From positions 512,001 through 576,000 of the forward strand of contig CAWGSK010000012.1 in NCBI GenBank assembly GCA_963825055.1: a DNA stretch of 64,000 bases. Direction: 5' to 3'. Source of the DNA: an uncultured Gemmatimonadales bacterium. Its GTDB lineage: Bacteria; Gemmatimonadota; Gemmatimonadetes; Gemmatimonadales; GWC2-71-9. Below the pieces are notes generated by a model. The model had not been told where the DNA came from, made no database searches, and saw only the letters and a list, made by a program, of their open reading frames with translations. Positions 54,261-64,000 of this stretch are shown piece by piece. How positions within the stretch are numbered: position 1 is the first letter of the stretch; every line of letters begins with the position of its first letter. A program made the position numbers and the translations under genes.

Positions 54261-55415
54261 TCAGTCGTTTTCCCGTTCGGGGGAACGTTCCGCCCGGGCG
54301 GGCCGTCCCCGTTGTCGGCCGATGTTGATCAGGATGCCCGTCGCCCCGAGCGAGACGACCAGCCCGCTGCCGCCGGCCGACATGAACGGGAGGAGCACGC
54401 CGGTGCTGGGCATGAGGCCCAGGGTGACGGACATGTGCAGGATAGCGGCGACGCCGACGGCGGTGGTGAGTCCCACCGCGAGGAACTGCCCGAACGGGTC
54501 CGGTGCCGTACGCGCGATCCGGAAACCCATCCAGCAGAACATGGCGAACAGCATGATCACCACCAGCACGCCCAGCAGGCCCCATTCCTCGCCGATGACG
54601 CTGAAGAGGAAGTCTACGTACGCGTAGGGGAGGAAGCCGAGCTTCTGCTGTCCTTCGCCGAACCCCACGCCGAAGATCCCGCCGGCCCCGAACCCCACCA
54701 GTGACTGGTGCAGCTGGGTACTCTCGGGCCCACCTCCGCTCCGGAAGGCCAGAATCCGCTGCAGCCGGTAGTCAACCTGGAGCTGGTTGGCCAGGATCGG
54801 GGTCATGGCGATGGCGAGCAGGATGAGGTGCCCGATGCGGGCGCCAGCGGTGAACACCACGATGAGCCCGAGCACGCCCACGAGCGCCGCCATGGACAGG
54901 TTGGGCTCCAGCAGGATGAGCCCGGCCACCATCCCGATGATGAGCAGGAAGGGGACGACGCCTTTCTTGAAGTCCCGCACCTGCGCGCCTTTCTTCGCCG
55001 CCAGCATGGCACACCACACCACCAGGGTGACCCGCGCAACCTCGGAAGGCTGCAGCGTGACCGGCCCGAAACGGATCCAGCGCCGAGCGCCGTTGATGAC
55101 CGGTGCGATGTCATGGGTGAACGGGAGGAGGGGGAGCAGCAGCAGCCCGAGCGTGCCCAGCAACAGCGGCCACGCCAGCCGGCGCCAGACGTGATAGTCG
55201 ACACGCGCCGCGATGAGCAGTACGACACCGCCCACGATGGCCGCAATGAACTGCTTGAAGGCGAGATTGCCGCCGAACCGGCCGCTGTTGGCCAGGAGGC
55301 TGGAAGCCGCGTAGCTGCTGGTGATCCCCAGGACGACCAGCGTGGTCGTGACCACCGCGAGCAGCCTCGTCTCCCAGCGCAGGTCGCCCGGGTGGCGAAT
55401 GGCCGGTGCGCTCAC
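54261..55415 (-). CDS. ftsW: SEDS peptidoglycan polymerase FtsW
   Basis: NGARRWI, QPSE, DFLFSVIGEEWG, LPFMSAGGS; GTG 55415. Confidence 0.93.
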   Translation of the reverse strand: MSAPAIRHPGDLRWETRLLAVVTTTLVVLGITSSYAASSLLANSGRFGGNLAFKQFIAAIVGGVVLLIAARVDYHVWRRLAWPLLLGTLGLLLLPLLPFTHDIAPVINGARRWIRFGPVTLQPSEVARVTLVVWCAMLAAKKGAQVRDFKKGVVPFLLIIGMVAGLILLEPNLSMAALVGVLGLIVVFTAGARIGHLILLAIAMTPILANQLQVDYRLQRILAFRSGGGPESTQLHQSLVGFGAGGIFGVGFGEGQQKLGFLPYAYVDFLFSVIGEEWGLLGVLVVIMLFAMFCWMGFRIARTAPDPFGQFLAVGLTTAVGVAAILHMSVTLGLMPSTGVLLPFMSAGGSGLVVSLGATGILINIGRQRGRPARAERSPEREND

Positions 55416-56752
55416 ATCGCCTCCACGAGGCGGCGGAAGGTGGTGCCCCGCTCTTCGTAGTTGCGGAACATGTCGAAGCTGGAGCACGCGGGTGAGAGCA
55501 GCACGGCATCTCCCGGGCGGGCGAGCCGCCGCGCCTCCGCCATCACCTCATCGAAGGCCCCCGCCCCGGACACCGGGATGCTCCCGGCCAGGTCATGCTC
55601 GACCATGGCCCGGGCCTCGCCGAACGCGACCACGGCGCGACAGCGGGTGAGCCCATCCAGGAGCGCGGTATAGGGCTCCCCCTTGTGACGGCCGCCGAGC
55701 AGCACGACGAACGGGCGGTCCATCGCCTCCAGGGCCACCCGGGTGGACGCGACGTTCGTGGCCTTCGAGTCATTGATCCACAGCACGCCCGACACCTCCC
55801 GGACCGGCTCCAGCCTGTGGGACAGGGCCCGGAACGTGCCGAGCCCGCGGGCGATCGCGGCGGGGGCCACGCCGGCGGTGGCCACGGCGAGGGAGGCCGC
55901 CAGGGCATTGGCGACGTTGTGGTCGCCCAGCAGCTGGAGGTGGCCGCGCGGCAGGAGCGGCTCACCGTGGAGCACCAGTTCCTGTTTGTCCCGGTCGTAC
56001 CACGCGTCCGCGCGTTCCCGGACCGAGAAGGTCCGCCGGGTTCCCGCCACGTCCCAGGCCAGCCCCATCACCTCGGCATCGTCGGCATTCAGGACCCAGG
56101 TCGACTCCGGGCGCGCGTTGCGGAACAGCAGCGCCTTATCGGCGTAGTACTCCGCGAGCGAGGCGTACCGGTCCAGGTGGTCAGGCGAGAGGTTGGTCAG
56201 CACGCCAACCGTCGGCACGAACTGCGTCGTGTCATGCAGCTGGAAGGACGAGATCTCGACGGCCACCCAGTCGTAGGGTTGCTCCTCGAGGACGACGGCC
56301 GAGAGGGGCAGCCCGATGTTGCCCGCGGCAGTGGCCCGGAGCCCGCCCGCCTCCAGCAGGTGGGCAGCCAGGGCCGTGGTGGTGGTTTTGCCGTTGGTGC
56401 CGGTGACGACGATGGTCCGCTGCTCGGGCCGGGCCTCCGCCGCCAGGTCGATCTCGCTCGACACGGGCACGCCGGCTTCGCGCGCCGCGACGAGTGGCGG
56501 CGCTTCCGGCGGAATTCCCGGCGAGACGATCACCCGCACCGCGTGCTCGATCCGCGCGAGGTTATGTGTGCCCACGTCCACGTCAGCGCCGAGCCGCCGC
56601 AGGTCCGCCGCGACGGGCTCGAGTGCCTCGCCGCCCGAACGGTCCGAGGCATAGACCGGCACGCCGTGGTGCCGCAGGAGCCGCACGGCGGCGCTCCCGC
56701 TCCGGCCCAGCCCGAGCACGGCGACCTCCCGGTCGCGCCAGGCATCGAACAT
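55412..56752 (-). CDS. murD: UDP-MurNAc-L-Ala-D-Glu ligase
   Basis: GTNGKTTT, EISSFQL, NDSKATN, LSPACSSFDMF. Confidence 0.96.
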   Translation of the reverse strand: MFDAWRDREVAVLGLGRSGSAAVRLLRHHGVPVYASDRSGGEALEPVAADLRRLGADVDVGTHNLARIEHAVRVIVSPGIPPEAPPLVAAREAGVPVSSEIDLAAEARPEQRTIVVTGTNGKTTTTALAAHLLEAGGLRATAAGNIGLPLSAVVLEEQPYDWVAVEISSFQLHDTTQFVPTVGVLTNLSPDHLDRYASLAEYYADKALLFRNARPESTWVLNADDAEVMGLAWDVAGTRRTFSVRERADAWYDRDKQELVLHGEPLLPRGHLQLLGDHNVANALAASLAVATAGVAPAAIARGLGTFRALSHRLEPVREVSGVLWINDSKATNVASTRVALEAMDRPFVVLLGGRHKGEPYTALLDGLTRCRAVVAFGEARAMVEHDLAGSIPVSGAGAFDEVMAEARRLARPGDAVLLSPACSSFDMFRNYEERGTTFRRLVEAM

Positions 56753-57879
56753 CAGCGCAGCTTGAGCGTCGAGAATGCGATCAGGGCGCAGAGGACTCCC
56801 ACGATGTAGAAGCGGGTCACGACCGTGGTCTCGGTCCAGCCAAGTTTCTCGAAATGGTGATGGATCGGGGCCATGCGGAAGACACGGTGCGCATCGGCAT
56901 ACTCCCTGCCGCGCGTCCGCTTGAACCAGCGGTAGACCCCGGTCTGCAGGATCACCGAGAAAGCCTCTGCCGCAAACACCCCGCCGATCAGCAGGAGGAG
57001 GAACTCCGACTTGAGGAGGATGGCCACGGTGCCGATGGCCCCGCCGATGGCCAGGCTCCCGGTGTCGCCCATGAAGACCTGCGCCGGGTGGGCGTTGAAC
57101 CAGAGGAACCCGAGGCAGCCCCCCATGAGTGCCGCGCAGAAGACCGCAAGCTCGCCCGCACCGGGCAGGAAGAACAGGTTCAGGTACTCGGTCGCGTCCA
57201 CCCTGCCCAGCAGGTAGGCGAAGAAGGCAAAGGCAGCCGCGGCAATGGCCGCGAGCCCGGTGGCGAGGCCGTCGAGGCCATCAGTCAGATTGACCGCGTT
57301 GGTGCTGCCCGTGATGACGGTGGTGACGAAGAGCAGGTAGAGCCACGGCGCGAAGACCACCACCAGGTACTTGAAGAACGGCAACGTGGTGCCCGTCGCG
57401 GGGATGGAGGACGGGTCCACCATCGGCCAGCGGAGCAACACGAATCCCAGCACCACGCCGAACGTGACCTGCCCCAGCAGCTTCCACTTCGCCACCAGCC
57501 CGCGGGACTTGCCCTGCACCACCTTGAGGTAATCGTCAAGGAAGCCGATGCCGCCCATCCAGAGCGTGGCGAAGAGCGCCACGATCACGAGCCGGTTGGT
57601 GATCTGGGCCCAGAGCAGCGTGGGGACGACCGTCGAGAGCAGGATGATGAGCCCGCCCATGGTCGGGGTGCCACGCTTGCCCTGGTGTGATGCAGGCCCT
57701 TCCGCCCGGATAATCTGTCCGACCTTCCGTGCCCGGAGCACCCGGATGATACCCGGCCCGAACACGAACGCCATGAGGAGCGCGGTCGCCATCGCCCCCG
57801 CCGCCCGGAAGCTCAGGTAATTGAAGAGATTGAAAATGATGTAGGTCTTGCCGAGCGGGGCGAGCAGGTGGTAGAACAT
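56752..57879 (-). CDS. mraY: Phospho-MurNAc-pentapeptide translocase
   Basis: TPTMGG, NLTDGLDGL, FMGDTGSL, MAPIHHHFE. Confidence 0.97.
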   Translation of the reverse strand: MFYHLLAPLGKTYIIFNLFNYLSFRAAGAMATALLMAFVFGPGIIRVLRARKVGQIIRAEGPASHQGKRGTPTMGGLIILLSTVVPTLLWAQITNRLVIVALFATLWMGGIGFLDDYLKVVQGKSRGLVAKWKLLGQVTFGVVLGFVLLRWPMVDPSSIPATGTTLPFFKYLVVVFAPWLYLLFVTTVITGSTNAVNLTDGLDGLATGLAAIAAAAFAFFAYLLGRVDATEYLNLFFLPGAGELAVFCAALMGGCLGFLWFNAHPAQVFMGDTGSLAIGGAIGTVAILLKSEFLLLLIGGVFAAEAFSVILQTGVYRWFKRTRGREYADAHRVFRMAPIHHHFEKLGWTETTVVTRFYIVGVLCALIAFSTLKLR

Positions 57880-57885
57880 CGCGCC

Positions 57886-59241
57886 TCAGTGCGAGGGGGC
57901 GGGGCGGTCGGTCAACCAGGGTAAGATACGCTCCAGGGCGACGCCTCGCGACGCCTTCAGGATGATCACTTCGTGGCCCGTCAGCCGGCGGGCCAGTTCC
58001 GGACCCAGGGATTCGACGTCCGGGGCGGTCAGGAGCCCCTCGCCGAGCCGTCCCCGGAAGGGTTCCAGCGCGCTCGCGAACTCCCCGACTCCCGCCAGCA
58101 CGTCAGGGGCAAGGTCCACCAGTTCGCCGGCGATGGCGGCATGGAGCTCGGAGGAGGCCTCCCCGAGTTCGCGCATGGTGCCGGCCACGAACACCAGGCG
58201 GCGGCCCTGCCGGAGCGCCCGTGCCGTGGCTATCGCCGCCCGGAAGGACAGCGGGTTGGCATTGTACGCATCGTGCAGGATCGTAAGCCCACCCGACGTC
58301 AGGAGTTCGCCCCGGCCGCCGGGAAGCGTGAGGCCCGAGAGCGCCGCCGCGGCCGGCTGGCGATCGAGCCCGAGCTCCCGGACCAGGACCCAGGCCAGCA
58401 TGGCGTTCGCCACCAGGTGCGGCCCCGGGATGGGAAGCGTGACCCGCACGCCGTCGATCCGGAACCACCCCTGCCCCGCCTCGTCCACGCCGGTCTCCTC
58501 CGGGGTCACATCCGCGTCCGCGAAACCGGCGGTGACCACCCGCCCGGCCAGCGCCCGGGCGCTTTCCGCCAGCGACGGCGGCGCGGTGCCGACGATCGCC
58601 AGCGGCACGCCGTGCGCCAGCGACAGTTTCTCCCGCATGACGCCCTCCACCGAACCGAAACCCTCAAGGTGCGCCTCGGCCACGTTCGTGATGACCGTGA
58701 TGCGCGGCTCGATGATATGGCGGGCGCGCTCCAGCTCGCCCGTCTCGCTCGCCCCCGCCTCGATCACCAGCGCCTCGGTATCCTCCGGGGCGTCGAGGAG
58801 GGTCAGCGGAATGCCGACCAGGTTATTCAGGTTGGCCCGGGTGGCGTGCGTCCGGTAGCGGGTACGAAGCACGGCCGCCACCATCTCCTTCGTGCTCGTC
58901 TTCCCGTTGCTGCCGGTGATGGCCACGACGGGACCGGGGACCGCACGGCGACGCACCCGGCCGAGGGCCCCGAGCGCGACGAGGGTGTCCTCGACTTCCA
59001 GCACCGGAAGGCCGGAGGGGGGCACCGTGCCGCGCCGGACCACCGCCGCACCAGCGCCGGCGTCTCGCGCCCGGTCGAGGTGGTCGTGCGCGTCATGGCG
59101 CGGACCGGCGAGGGCCACGAACAACTCCCCCGGCGCCAGGGTACGGGTATCGGTCGAGACGCCCGCAAATTCCAGGGGTGGCGACCCCGTCCAGATCCCG
59201 TCGGTGGCTTCGCGCACGCGCGCGGCGGTCCAGGCTGTCAT
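57886..59241 (-). CDS. murF: UDP-MurNAc-tripeptide-D-Ala-D-Ala ligase
   Basis: TGSNGKTSTKE, NLNNLVGIP, DAYNANP, KASRG. Confidence 0.95.
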   Translation of the reverse strand: MTAWTAARVREATDGIWTGSPPLEFAGVSTDTRTLAPGELFVALAGPRHDAHDHLDRARDAGAGAAVVRRGTVPPSGLPVLEVEDTLVALGALGRVRRRAVPGPVVAITGSNGKTSTKEMVAAVLRTRYRTHATRANLNNLVGIPLTLLDAPEDTEALVIEAGASETGELERARHIIEPRITVITNVAEAHLEGFGSVEGVMREKLSLAHGVPLAIVGTAPPSLAESARALAGRVVTAGFADADVTPEETGVDEAGQGWFRIDGVRVTLPIPGPHLVANAMLAWVLVRELGLDRQPAAAALSGLTLPGGRGELLTSGGLTILHDAYNANPLSFRAAIATARALRQGRRLVFVAGTMRELGEASSELHAAIAGELVDLAPDVLAGVGEFASALEPFRGRLGEGLLTAPDVESLGPELARRLTGHEVIILKASRGVALERILPWLTDRPAPSH

Positions 59242-60692
59242 GAGTCCAGCGCCTCCAGCACGATGGCACGCTCGTCGAAGGGCAGCTTCTCCCGTCCGAC
59301 CACCTGGTACGTCTCATGTCCCTTGCCTGCGAGCAGCACGGTATCCTCGGGGCGGGCCAGCGACAGGGCCAGGCGGATCGCCTCGCGGCGGTCGGTCCGC
59401 CGCTCGTGCCGGCGGCCGGGCATCCCGGCTTCGATGTCGTCGATGATCGCGTCGGGTTTCTCGGTGCGGGGGTTGTCGCTGGTCACCACCGCCAGGTCAG
59501 CGCCCTCCGCGGCGATGCGGCCCATCTCCGGACGCTTGCCCCGGTCGCGGTCACCACCGCAGCCGAAGACCACCATCAGGCGCCCCTTCGTGACCGGCCG
59601 CAGGGCCGCCAGGGCGCGCTCCAGCGCGTCGGGAGTGTGCGCATAGTCCCGGAGCACCACGCACGGTTCCTCGACGAGCACCTCCATCCGTCCCGGCACC
59701 TGCGGCGCGTCCGACAACCGCCCCGCCACTTCCGGCAGCGGCCGCCCCAGGGCGAGGGCGGCGGCGGCGGCCGCCAGCGCGTTCGCGACGTTGTAATCCC
59801 CCAGGAGCGGGAGGCGCACCTCGGCGTCTCCCCACGGCGAGCTCAACCGGAACGCGCTTCCCGCCCGGTGCAGGTACAGGTCGGTTGCGCGAACGTCCGC
59901 ATCCGGACCCAGGCCGAAGGTCACGCGCTCCTGCCGCGGGGGCAGCGCCACCCAGGCCGGGTCGTCCGCGTTCACGATTTCCACCCCACCGGGGATCAGG
60001 AGGCCGGAGAGCCGGAGCTTCGCGGCAAGGTAGTTCTCCATCGTGCCGTGATAATCGAGGTGATCGCGCGTCACGTTGGTGAACACCGCCGCGGCAAACC
60101 GGAGCGTGTCGAGACGGCCCTGATCGAGGCTGTGGGAACTGGCCTCCATCACCACGTGATCGCAGCCGCGGTCTCGGAGGGCGGCCAGCGTGGCCTGCAG
60201 CTCGATCGGACCGGGGGTGGTGAGGGAACCGGCCTCGGAGGGGATCGCCTCGCCCGCTCCATCGTACGCGCCCAGGGTACCGATGCCCCCCGCCGTGCCG
60301 TCACCGTTGAGCAGGTGCCGGGTCAGGGCGGTGGTGGTCGTCTTGCCGTTCGTGCCGGTGACGCCGACCAGGGTCATCTCCGCCGACGGGTTCCCGTACC
60401 ACTCCCGGGCCGCGATCCGGGCCGCGCGGCGTCCGTCCCGTACCACGACGCGAGGTACCGGCAGATCGGCATCAGCCTCCAACACAACCGCCACCGCACC
60501 ACGGCGGACCGCGTCGGGCAGGAAGGCGTGGCCGTCACTCTGGCTGCCCCGGATCGCGAAGTAGACATCGCCGGGGACCACGGCGCGACTGTCCAGCGTG
60601 AGGCCCGAGACCGCCGGATCATTTGCCGGCGCGTGGAGCACCTCGCCGGCGGCCGCAAGGTGCCGCACCAGTTCGGAGAGGGTGCGGCTCAC
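59238..60692 (-). CDS. murE: UDP-MurNAc-dipeptide-meso-DAP ligase
   Basis: TGTNGKTT, DYAHTPD, DNPR (mDAP specificity), GKGHE; GTG 60692. Confidence 0.96.
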   Translation of the reverse strand: MSRTLSELVRHLAAAGEVLHAPANDPAVSGLTLDSRAVVPGDVYFAIRGSQSDGHAFLPDAVRRGAVAVVLEADADLPVPRVVVRDGRRAARIAAREWYGNPSAEMTLVGVTGTNGKTTTTALTRHLLNGDGTAGGIGTLGAYDGAGEAIPSEAGSLTTPGPIELQATLAALRDRGCDHVVMEASSHSLDQGRLDTLRFAAAVFTNVTRDHLDYHGTMENYLAAKLRLSGLLIPGGVEIVNADDPAWVALPPRQERVTFGLGPDADVRATDLYLHRAGSAFRLSSPWGDAEVRLPLLGDYNVANALAAAAAALALGRPLPEVAGRLSDAPQVPGRMEVLVEEPCVVLRDYAHTPDALERALAALRPVTKGRLMVVFGCGGDRDRGKRPEMGRIAAEGADLAVVTSDNPRTEKPDAIIDDIEAGMPGRRHERRTDRREAIRLALSLARPEDTVLLAGKGHETYQVVGREKLPFDERAIVLEALDS

Positions 60693-62653
60693 TGCGCCTC
60701 CGCTGCCCACAGGGTCACCGTGCCGCCGGTCCGGAGGGAGTCCCCTGCGCCGGGTGACATCCGCCGCACCATGCCGAGCCCGTGGAGGGCGACCCGGAAC
60801 CCGCGCCGGTGGAGGAGCAATGCGGCCTGCCTGACCGTCTTCCCGTCCACATCCGGCACCGCGAACCGCCGAGGCGATTCCGCGCGGTCGGGTGCGAGCG
60901 GCCAGGAAACCGCCTCGACCGGCGCGGGCTCGGGACGCGCCGCCTGGGTCCGTGGTGTCACGGCGGTGGCCGGCCGGGTTCCGATACGCGACCGGTCCAG
61001 CGCGACGTGCGAGGATGCCATGACCTGCTTGAGGAGGTCGTGCGTCACCGGCGCCGCCGTCTCGCTGGCGTAATAACGGCCTGCGGGGCTGTCGAGCTTC
61101 ACCACCGTGACCAGCTGGGGATCCTCGGCGGGAAAGATGGAGGCGAACGAGGCGGTGTAATCAGCAGTGTACCGCCCGTTGACGAGCTTCTTCGCGGTGC
61201 CGGTCTTTCCCAGGATCTGGAAGTTTGCCAGCTGGGCCCGGGCGCCGGTCCCGCCGGTGCCCGCGGCGGACGCGAGGTAGGAGCGGAGGCGTGCCGCCAC
61301 CTCCGGCGACACCGCGCGACGCACGGGCTCGGGTTGGTGCCGGTAGAGAATGGCGCCCTCCGGCGCACGGATCTCCCGGACCAGCGCCGGATTGAGGAGG
61401 AGGCCATCGTTCGCGATGGCGCCGTAGGCCGCGGCGAGCTGGACCGGCGTCACGGAGAACTCATACCCCATCGCGAGGCTCGCCTGGGTATAGGCGTCCC
61501 ACCGGTCCGGGGAACGCAGGAACCCGCGTGATTCGGAGGGATACTCCACGCCCGTGGGGCTGCCGAACCCGAAGTCGCGGAGCTGGTCGTACTGTTCCTC
61601 GTAGCTGAGCATGTGCGAGAACTTGCCCATCGCGATGTTGCTCGAGACCTCCACCGCCTCGGCCAGCGTGAGGTATCCCTCCACGACATGGCTGTCCTCG
61701 ATGCGGCGGGTGCGGGTGCTGTCGCGATTGAGCGGCATGAGCCAGCGGCCGTGCTCGCCGTAGACCACGGTCGAGCTGTCGATCCGGTCGTGCGCCAGCA
61801 GGGCGGCAGCCGTGAAGAGTTTGGCCGTGCTTCCGGGCTCGTAGGTGTCGGTGAGCGCGGAGGGACGGGCGGTTCCGTCCCGGCGCCGGCTGGCCATGGC
61901 CAGAATTTCCCCCGTGGCCGGGTCGACCATGACGATATCACCCGCGGCCGCGTCGTATTCCTCGAGCGCTGACGCGAGGCTCGCCTCGGCGATCTCCTGC
62001 AGCTCGCTGTCCAGGGTGAGGTAGACATCCGCCCCCGGCACGGGGTCGCGTATCTCGCGTGATGGGGACGGATATTCCCTGCCCCGGGAGTCCTTCAGCA
62101 CCACGCGTTCGCCGGGGCGTCCCGTGAGTATGGAATCCAGGGAGAGTTCCAGCCCCGAGCGTCCCACGCCGCTGTCCGAGGTGACGCGGCCGATGATAGG
62201 GGCGGCGAGATCCAGATTCTGGTACGTGCGGGAGTACACCGGGTCGGGGTGCACCCCGTTCTGCCCCCGCAGGTCCGCGATCTGGTCGGCGGTGAACGGG
62301 CCATGGTAGTAGATCCACGGGCGCCCCTTCCCGAAGTCCTGGCGCACGCGTGCGGCGGGTATCCTGAGATCGCGCGTCAGCAGCCGTCGTACCGTCGTCT
62401 CGTCCCGCAGCTCATTGGGGGCGATGCCGATGTGGTAGACCTCATTGGTGGTCGCGAGCGGGACGCCGTTGCGGTCCAGGATCGCGCCGCGCCGCGCCGG
62501 GACAACCTGGTGCTCCGTGCGCGTCCGCGCTGCTTCCCTCGCCCAGGTATCCTGCTCGAACACCTGCACCTGCACGGCCCGGCCGACAACGGCCGCGAAG
62601 GCGAGGAAAAAGCCGAACTGCACGAAGGCGATGCGCGCGGTCGGGCGGGCCAT
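60689..62653 (-). CDS. ftsI: PBP3 transpeptidase FtsI with C-terminal PASTA-like domain
   Basis: STAK (SxxK), SSN, KTGT; VPDVDGKTVRQA PASTA-like tail. Confidence 0.93.
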   Translation of the reverse strand: MARPTARIAFVQFGFFLAFAAVVGRAVQVQVFEQDTWAREAARTRTEHQVVPARRGAILDRNGVPLATTNEVYHIGIAPNELRDETTVRRLLTRDLRIPAARVRQDFGKGRPWIYYHGPFTADQIADLRGQNGVHPDPVYSRTYQNLDLAAPIIGRVTSDSGVGRSGLELSLDSILTGRPGERVVLKDSRGREYPSPSREIRDPVPGADVYLTLDSELQEIAEASLASALEEYDAAAGDIVMVDPATGEILAMASRRRDGTARPSALTDTYEPGSTAKLFTAAALLAHDRIDSSTVVYGEHGRWLMPLNRDSTRTRRIEDSHVVEGYLTLAEAVEVSSNIAMGKFSHMLSYEEQYDQLRDFGFGSPTGVEYPSESRGFLRSPDRWDAYTQASLAMGYEFSVTPVQLAAAYGAIANDGLLLNPALVREIRAPEGAILYRHQPEPVRRAVSPEVAARLRSYLASAAGTGGTGARAQLANFQILGKTGTAKKLVNGRYTADYTASFASIFPAEDPQLVTVVKLDSPAGRYYASETAAPVTHDLLKQVMASSHVALDRSRIGTRPATAVTPRTQAARPEPAPVEAVSWPLAPDRAESPRRFAVPDVDGKTVRQAALLLHRRGFRVALHGLGMVRRMSPGAGDSLRTGGTVTLWAAEAQ

Positions 62654-62655
62654 GG

Positions 62656-62949
62656 TTAGTCGCCGTCCTGCGGGGCGATCTCGATCCGCCGGTAGGCGTC
62701 ACCCTCGGGGAGAACCAGGCCGAAATCACGCGCGGCCTTCGCCATGAGAACCCGCCGTCCCGTCGCCCGCTTGATGCGGGCCTCGAGGTCAATCCGCTGC
62801 GCCTCCAGGTTGCGCGTCTCGACCTCGAGCCGGCGCAGATCCGCGGCGAGCCTCAGTGCGAGCGTCTGCCTCAGGTTCACCGCGGTGGCCACGGCGAGGA
62901 AGAGCCCCAGCCAGGCGAGCAGCCAGTGACGGCCACGCAACTGGATCAC
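62656..62949 (-). CDS. ftsL: Cell division protein FtsL
   Basis: TM helix plus leucine-zipper coiled coil, between rsmH and ftsI; GTG 62949 overlaps the rsmH stop. Confidence 0.75.
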   Translation of the reverse strand: MIQLRGRHWLLAWLGLFLAVATAVNLRQTLALRLAADLRRLEVETRNLEAQRIDLEARIKRATGRRVLMAKAARDFGLVLPEGDAYRRIEIAPQDGD

Positions 62950-63857
62950 GGCGTGACGCGGAAGATCCGCAGGTGAGCGCTGCGGGCGCGGGGGTTGCGG
63001 GACACTTCGTCCTCCGAGGGAACGACGGGGCGCCGCGGCTCCACGCGTCCGAGCGCATGACCACGGCACGTGCAGACCGGCTGGCGTGGCGGGCAGACGC
63101 AGGCGCGCGCCCACTCCCGGAAGGCGTGTTTCACCAGCCGGTCCTCGCCTGAATGGTAACTGATGACCGCCAGCGTCCCAACGGGCTCGAGCGCGTCGCG
63201 GAAGGCCGGCAGCGCGTGTTCGAGCCCCTCCAGCTCGTCGTTCACCACGATGCGCACCGCCTGAAAGAGGCGGGCGAAGTCCCCCGGCCCGCTGCTGCGG
63301 CCCAGCACCGCCCGGATCGCGTTCACGAGGTCGTCGCTGTCCAGGAAGGGCGCGCGGGCCCGCCGGCGGACGATCTCCCGCGCCAGCGGCCGCGCGCGAC
63401 GCTCGTCGCCATAGTCGGCGAACATCCGCTGGAGCCCGGATTCAGGCTCTTCGTTCAGGACGTCGGCCGCGGTGCGCCCCGACCTGCCCATCCGCATGTC
63501 GAGTGGCGCGCCAGGCCGGAACGTGAAACCGCGCCCCTCCTCATCAATCTGCGGGCTGGAAACGCCGAGATCCATGAGGATGAAGTCGGGCGCAAACCCC
63601 CGGACCGCGGCCAGCGCTTCGTCGTCGGCATACGCGGCCTCCAGCAACGTGATCTCCCGGCCGGTCAGCCGCTCGCGGGCGCGGGCAATCGCGGCAGGAT
63701 CGCGATCAATGCCGAGCACCGTGAATCCCGCCTCCAGCAGGGCGGCGGCGTGCCCGCCGTCGCCAATGGTGGCGTCGACCGCGCGCGTTCCTCCCTCGGC
63801 CGCGGCAAGGACCGCGTCCAGCAGGACGGGAGCGTGATACGGCGACGGATCGGTCAT
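62946..63857 (-). CDS. rsmH: 16S rRNA m4C1402 methyltransferase
   Basis: HAPVLL, DLGVSSPQ, LDMRM, ISYHSGEDR, NPRARSA. Confidence 0.97.
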   Translation of the reverse strand: MTDPSPYHAPVLLDAVLAAAEGGTRAVDATIGDGGHAAALLEAGFTVLGIDRDPAAIARARERLTGREITLLEAAYADDEALAAVRGFAPDFILMDLGVSSPQIDEEGRGFTFRPGAPLDMRMGRSGRTAADVLNEEPESGLQRMFADYGDERRARPLAREIVRRRARAPFLDSDDLVNAIRAVLGRSSGPGDFARLFQAVRIVVNDELEGLEHALPAFRDALEPVGTLAVISYHSGEDRLVKHAFREWARACVCPPRQPVCTCRGHALGRVEPRRPVVPSEDEVSRNPRARSAHLRIFRVTP

Positions 63858-63881
63858 CGGCCTGTGGACTCAGGGGGGCCA

Positions 63882-63914
63882 AAGGAAACACCCCGCCGGC
63901 GAACCGGCGGGGTG
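63882..63914 (-). terminator. Intrinsic terminator after tRNA-Asp
   Basis: Minus strand: CACCCCGCCGG-TTCG-CCGGCGGGGTG (11-bp stem, UUCG loop) followed by TTTCCTTT. Confidence 0.8.
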
Positions 63915-63930
63915 GACATCCTCAAAGGAA

Positions 63931-64000
63931 CGGGGCTGACGGGGCTCGAACCCGCGACCTCCGCAGTGACAGTGCGGCACTCTAACCAAACTGAGCTACA
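63931..64000 (-). tRNA. tRNA-Asp(GTC); 5' end outside the window; CCA not encoded
   Basis: TAGCTCAGTTTGGTTAGAG D-arm, CCGCA-CTGTCAC-TGCGG anticodon arm, GGTTCGAGCCC T-arm, CAGCCCC-G acceptor end. Confidence 0.95.

Noticed and set aside
63931..64000. tRNA as an integration site for an island
   Set aside because: No integrase or duplicated tRNA 3' end seen; core genes follow immediately

Overview
High-GC, gene-dense core-genome segment. The gene content and order suggest a Gemmatimonadota-like diderm bacterium (inference, not tested). Nearly all genes are on the minus strand and many are translationally coupled. Read in transcription direction, right to left: partial tRNA-Asp(GTC) with terminator; a dcw cluster (rsmH-ftsL-ftsI-murE-murF-mraY-murD-ftsW-murG-murC-ftsQ-ftsA-ftsZ, with no mraZ, murB or ddl) followed by an M23 peptidase; an orphan hisA; a frameshifted VWA membrane protein; ftsY; recG; a plus-strand three-gene envelope operon (PQQ-propeller lipoprotein, small membrane protein, TPR/GWxTD-like protein); asnS; mazG (+); alr; DUF1844; deoB; cdd; a lipoprotein/outer-membrane-protein pair; miaB-comFB-comEC-fbp-methylmalonyl-CoA mutase; FmdB-argS-pfkB-purM; an uncharacterised OMP; ribD-ribE-ribBA-ribH-nusB; GT4; hpf-hprK with a complete mannose-family PTS; metK-ahcY-DUF151; and a cobalamin riboswitch controlling btuFCD and a TonB receptor. 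I found no mobile element, CRISPR array or defence system, and no clearly new system can be claimed. The best leads are the uncharacterised PQQ/GWxTD operon, the comFB-comEC linkage, an AT-rich recoded patch inside purM carrying promoter-like motifs, a recurring TATCTT-N6-ATG leaderless-promoter signature, a bidirectional alr/mazG promoter, and heptamer repeat elements. Family calls come from motif recognition, not database searches.
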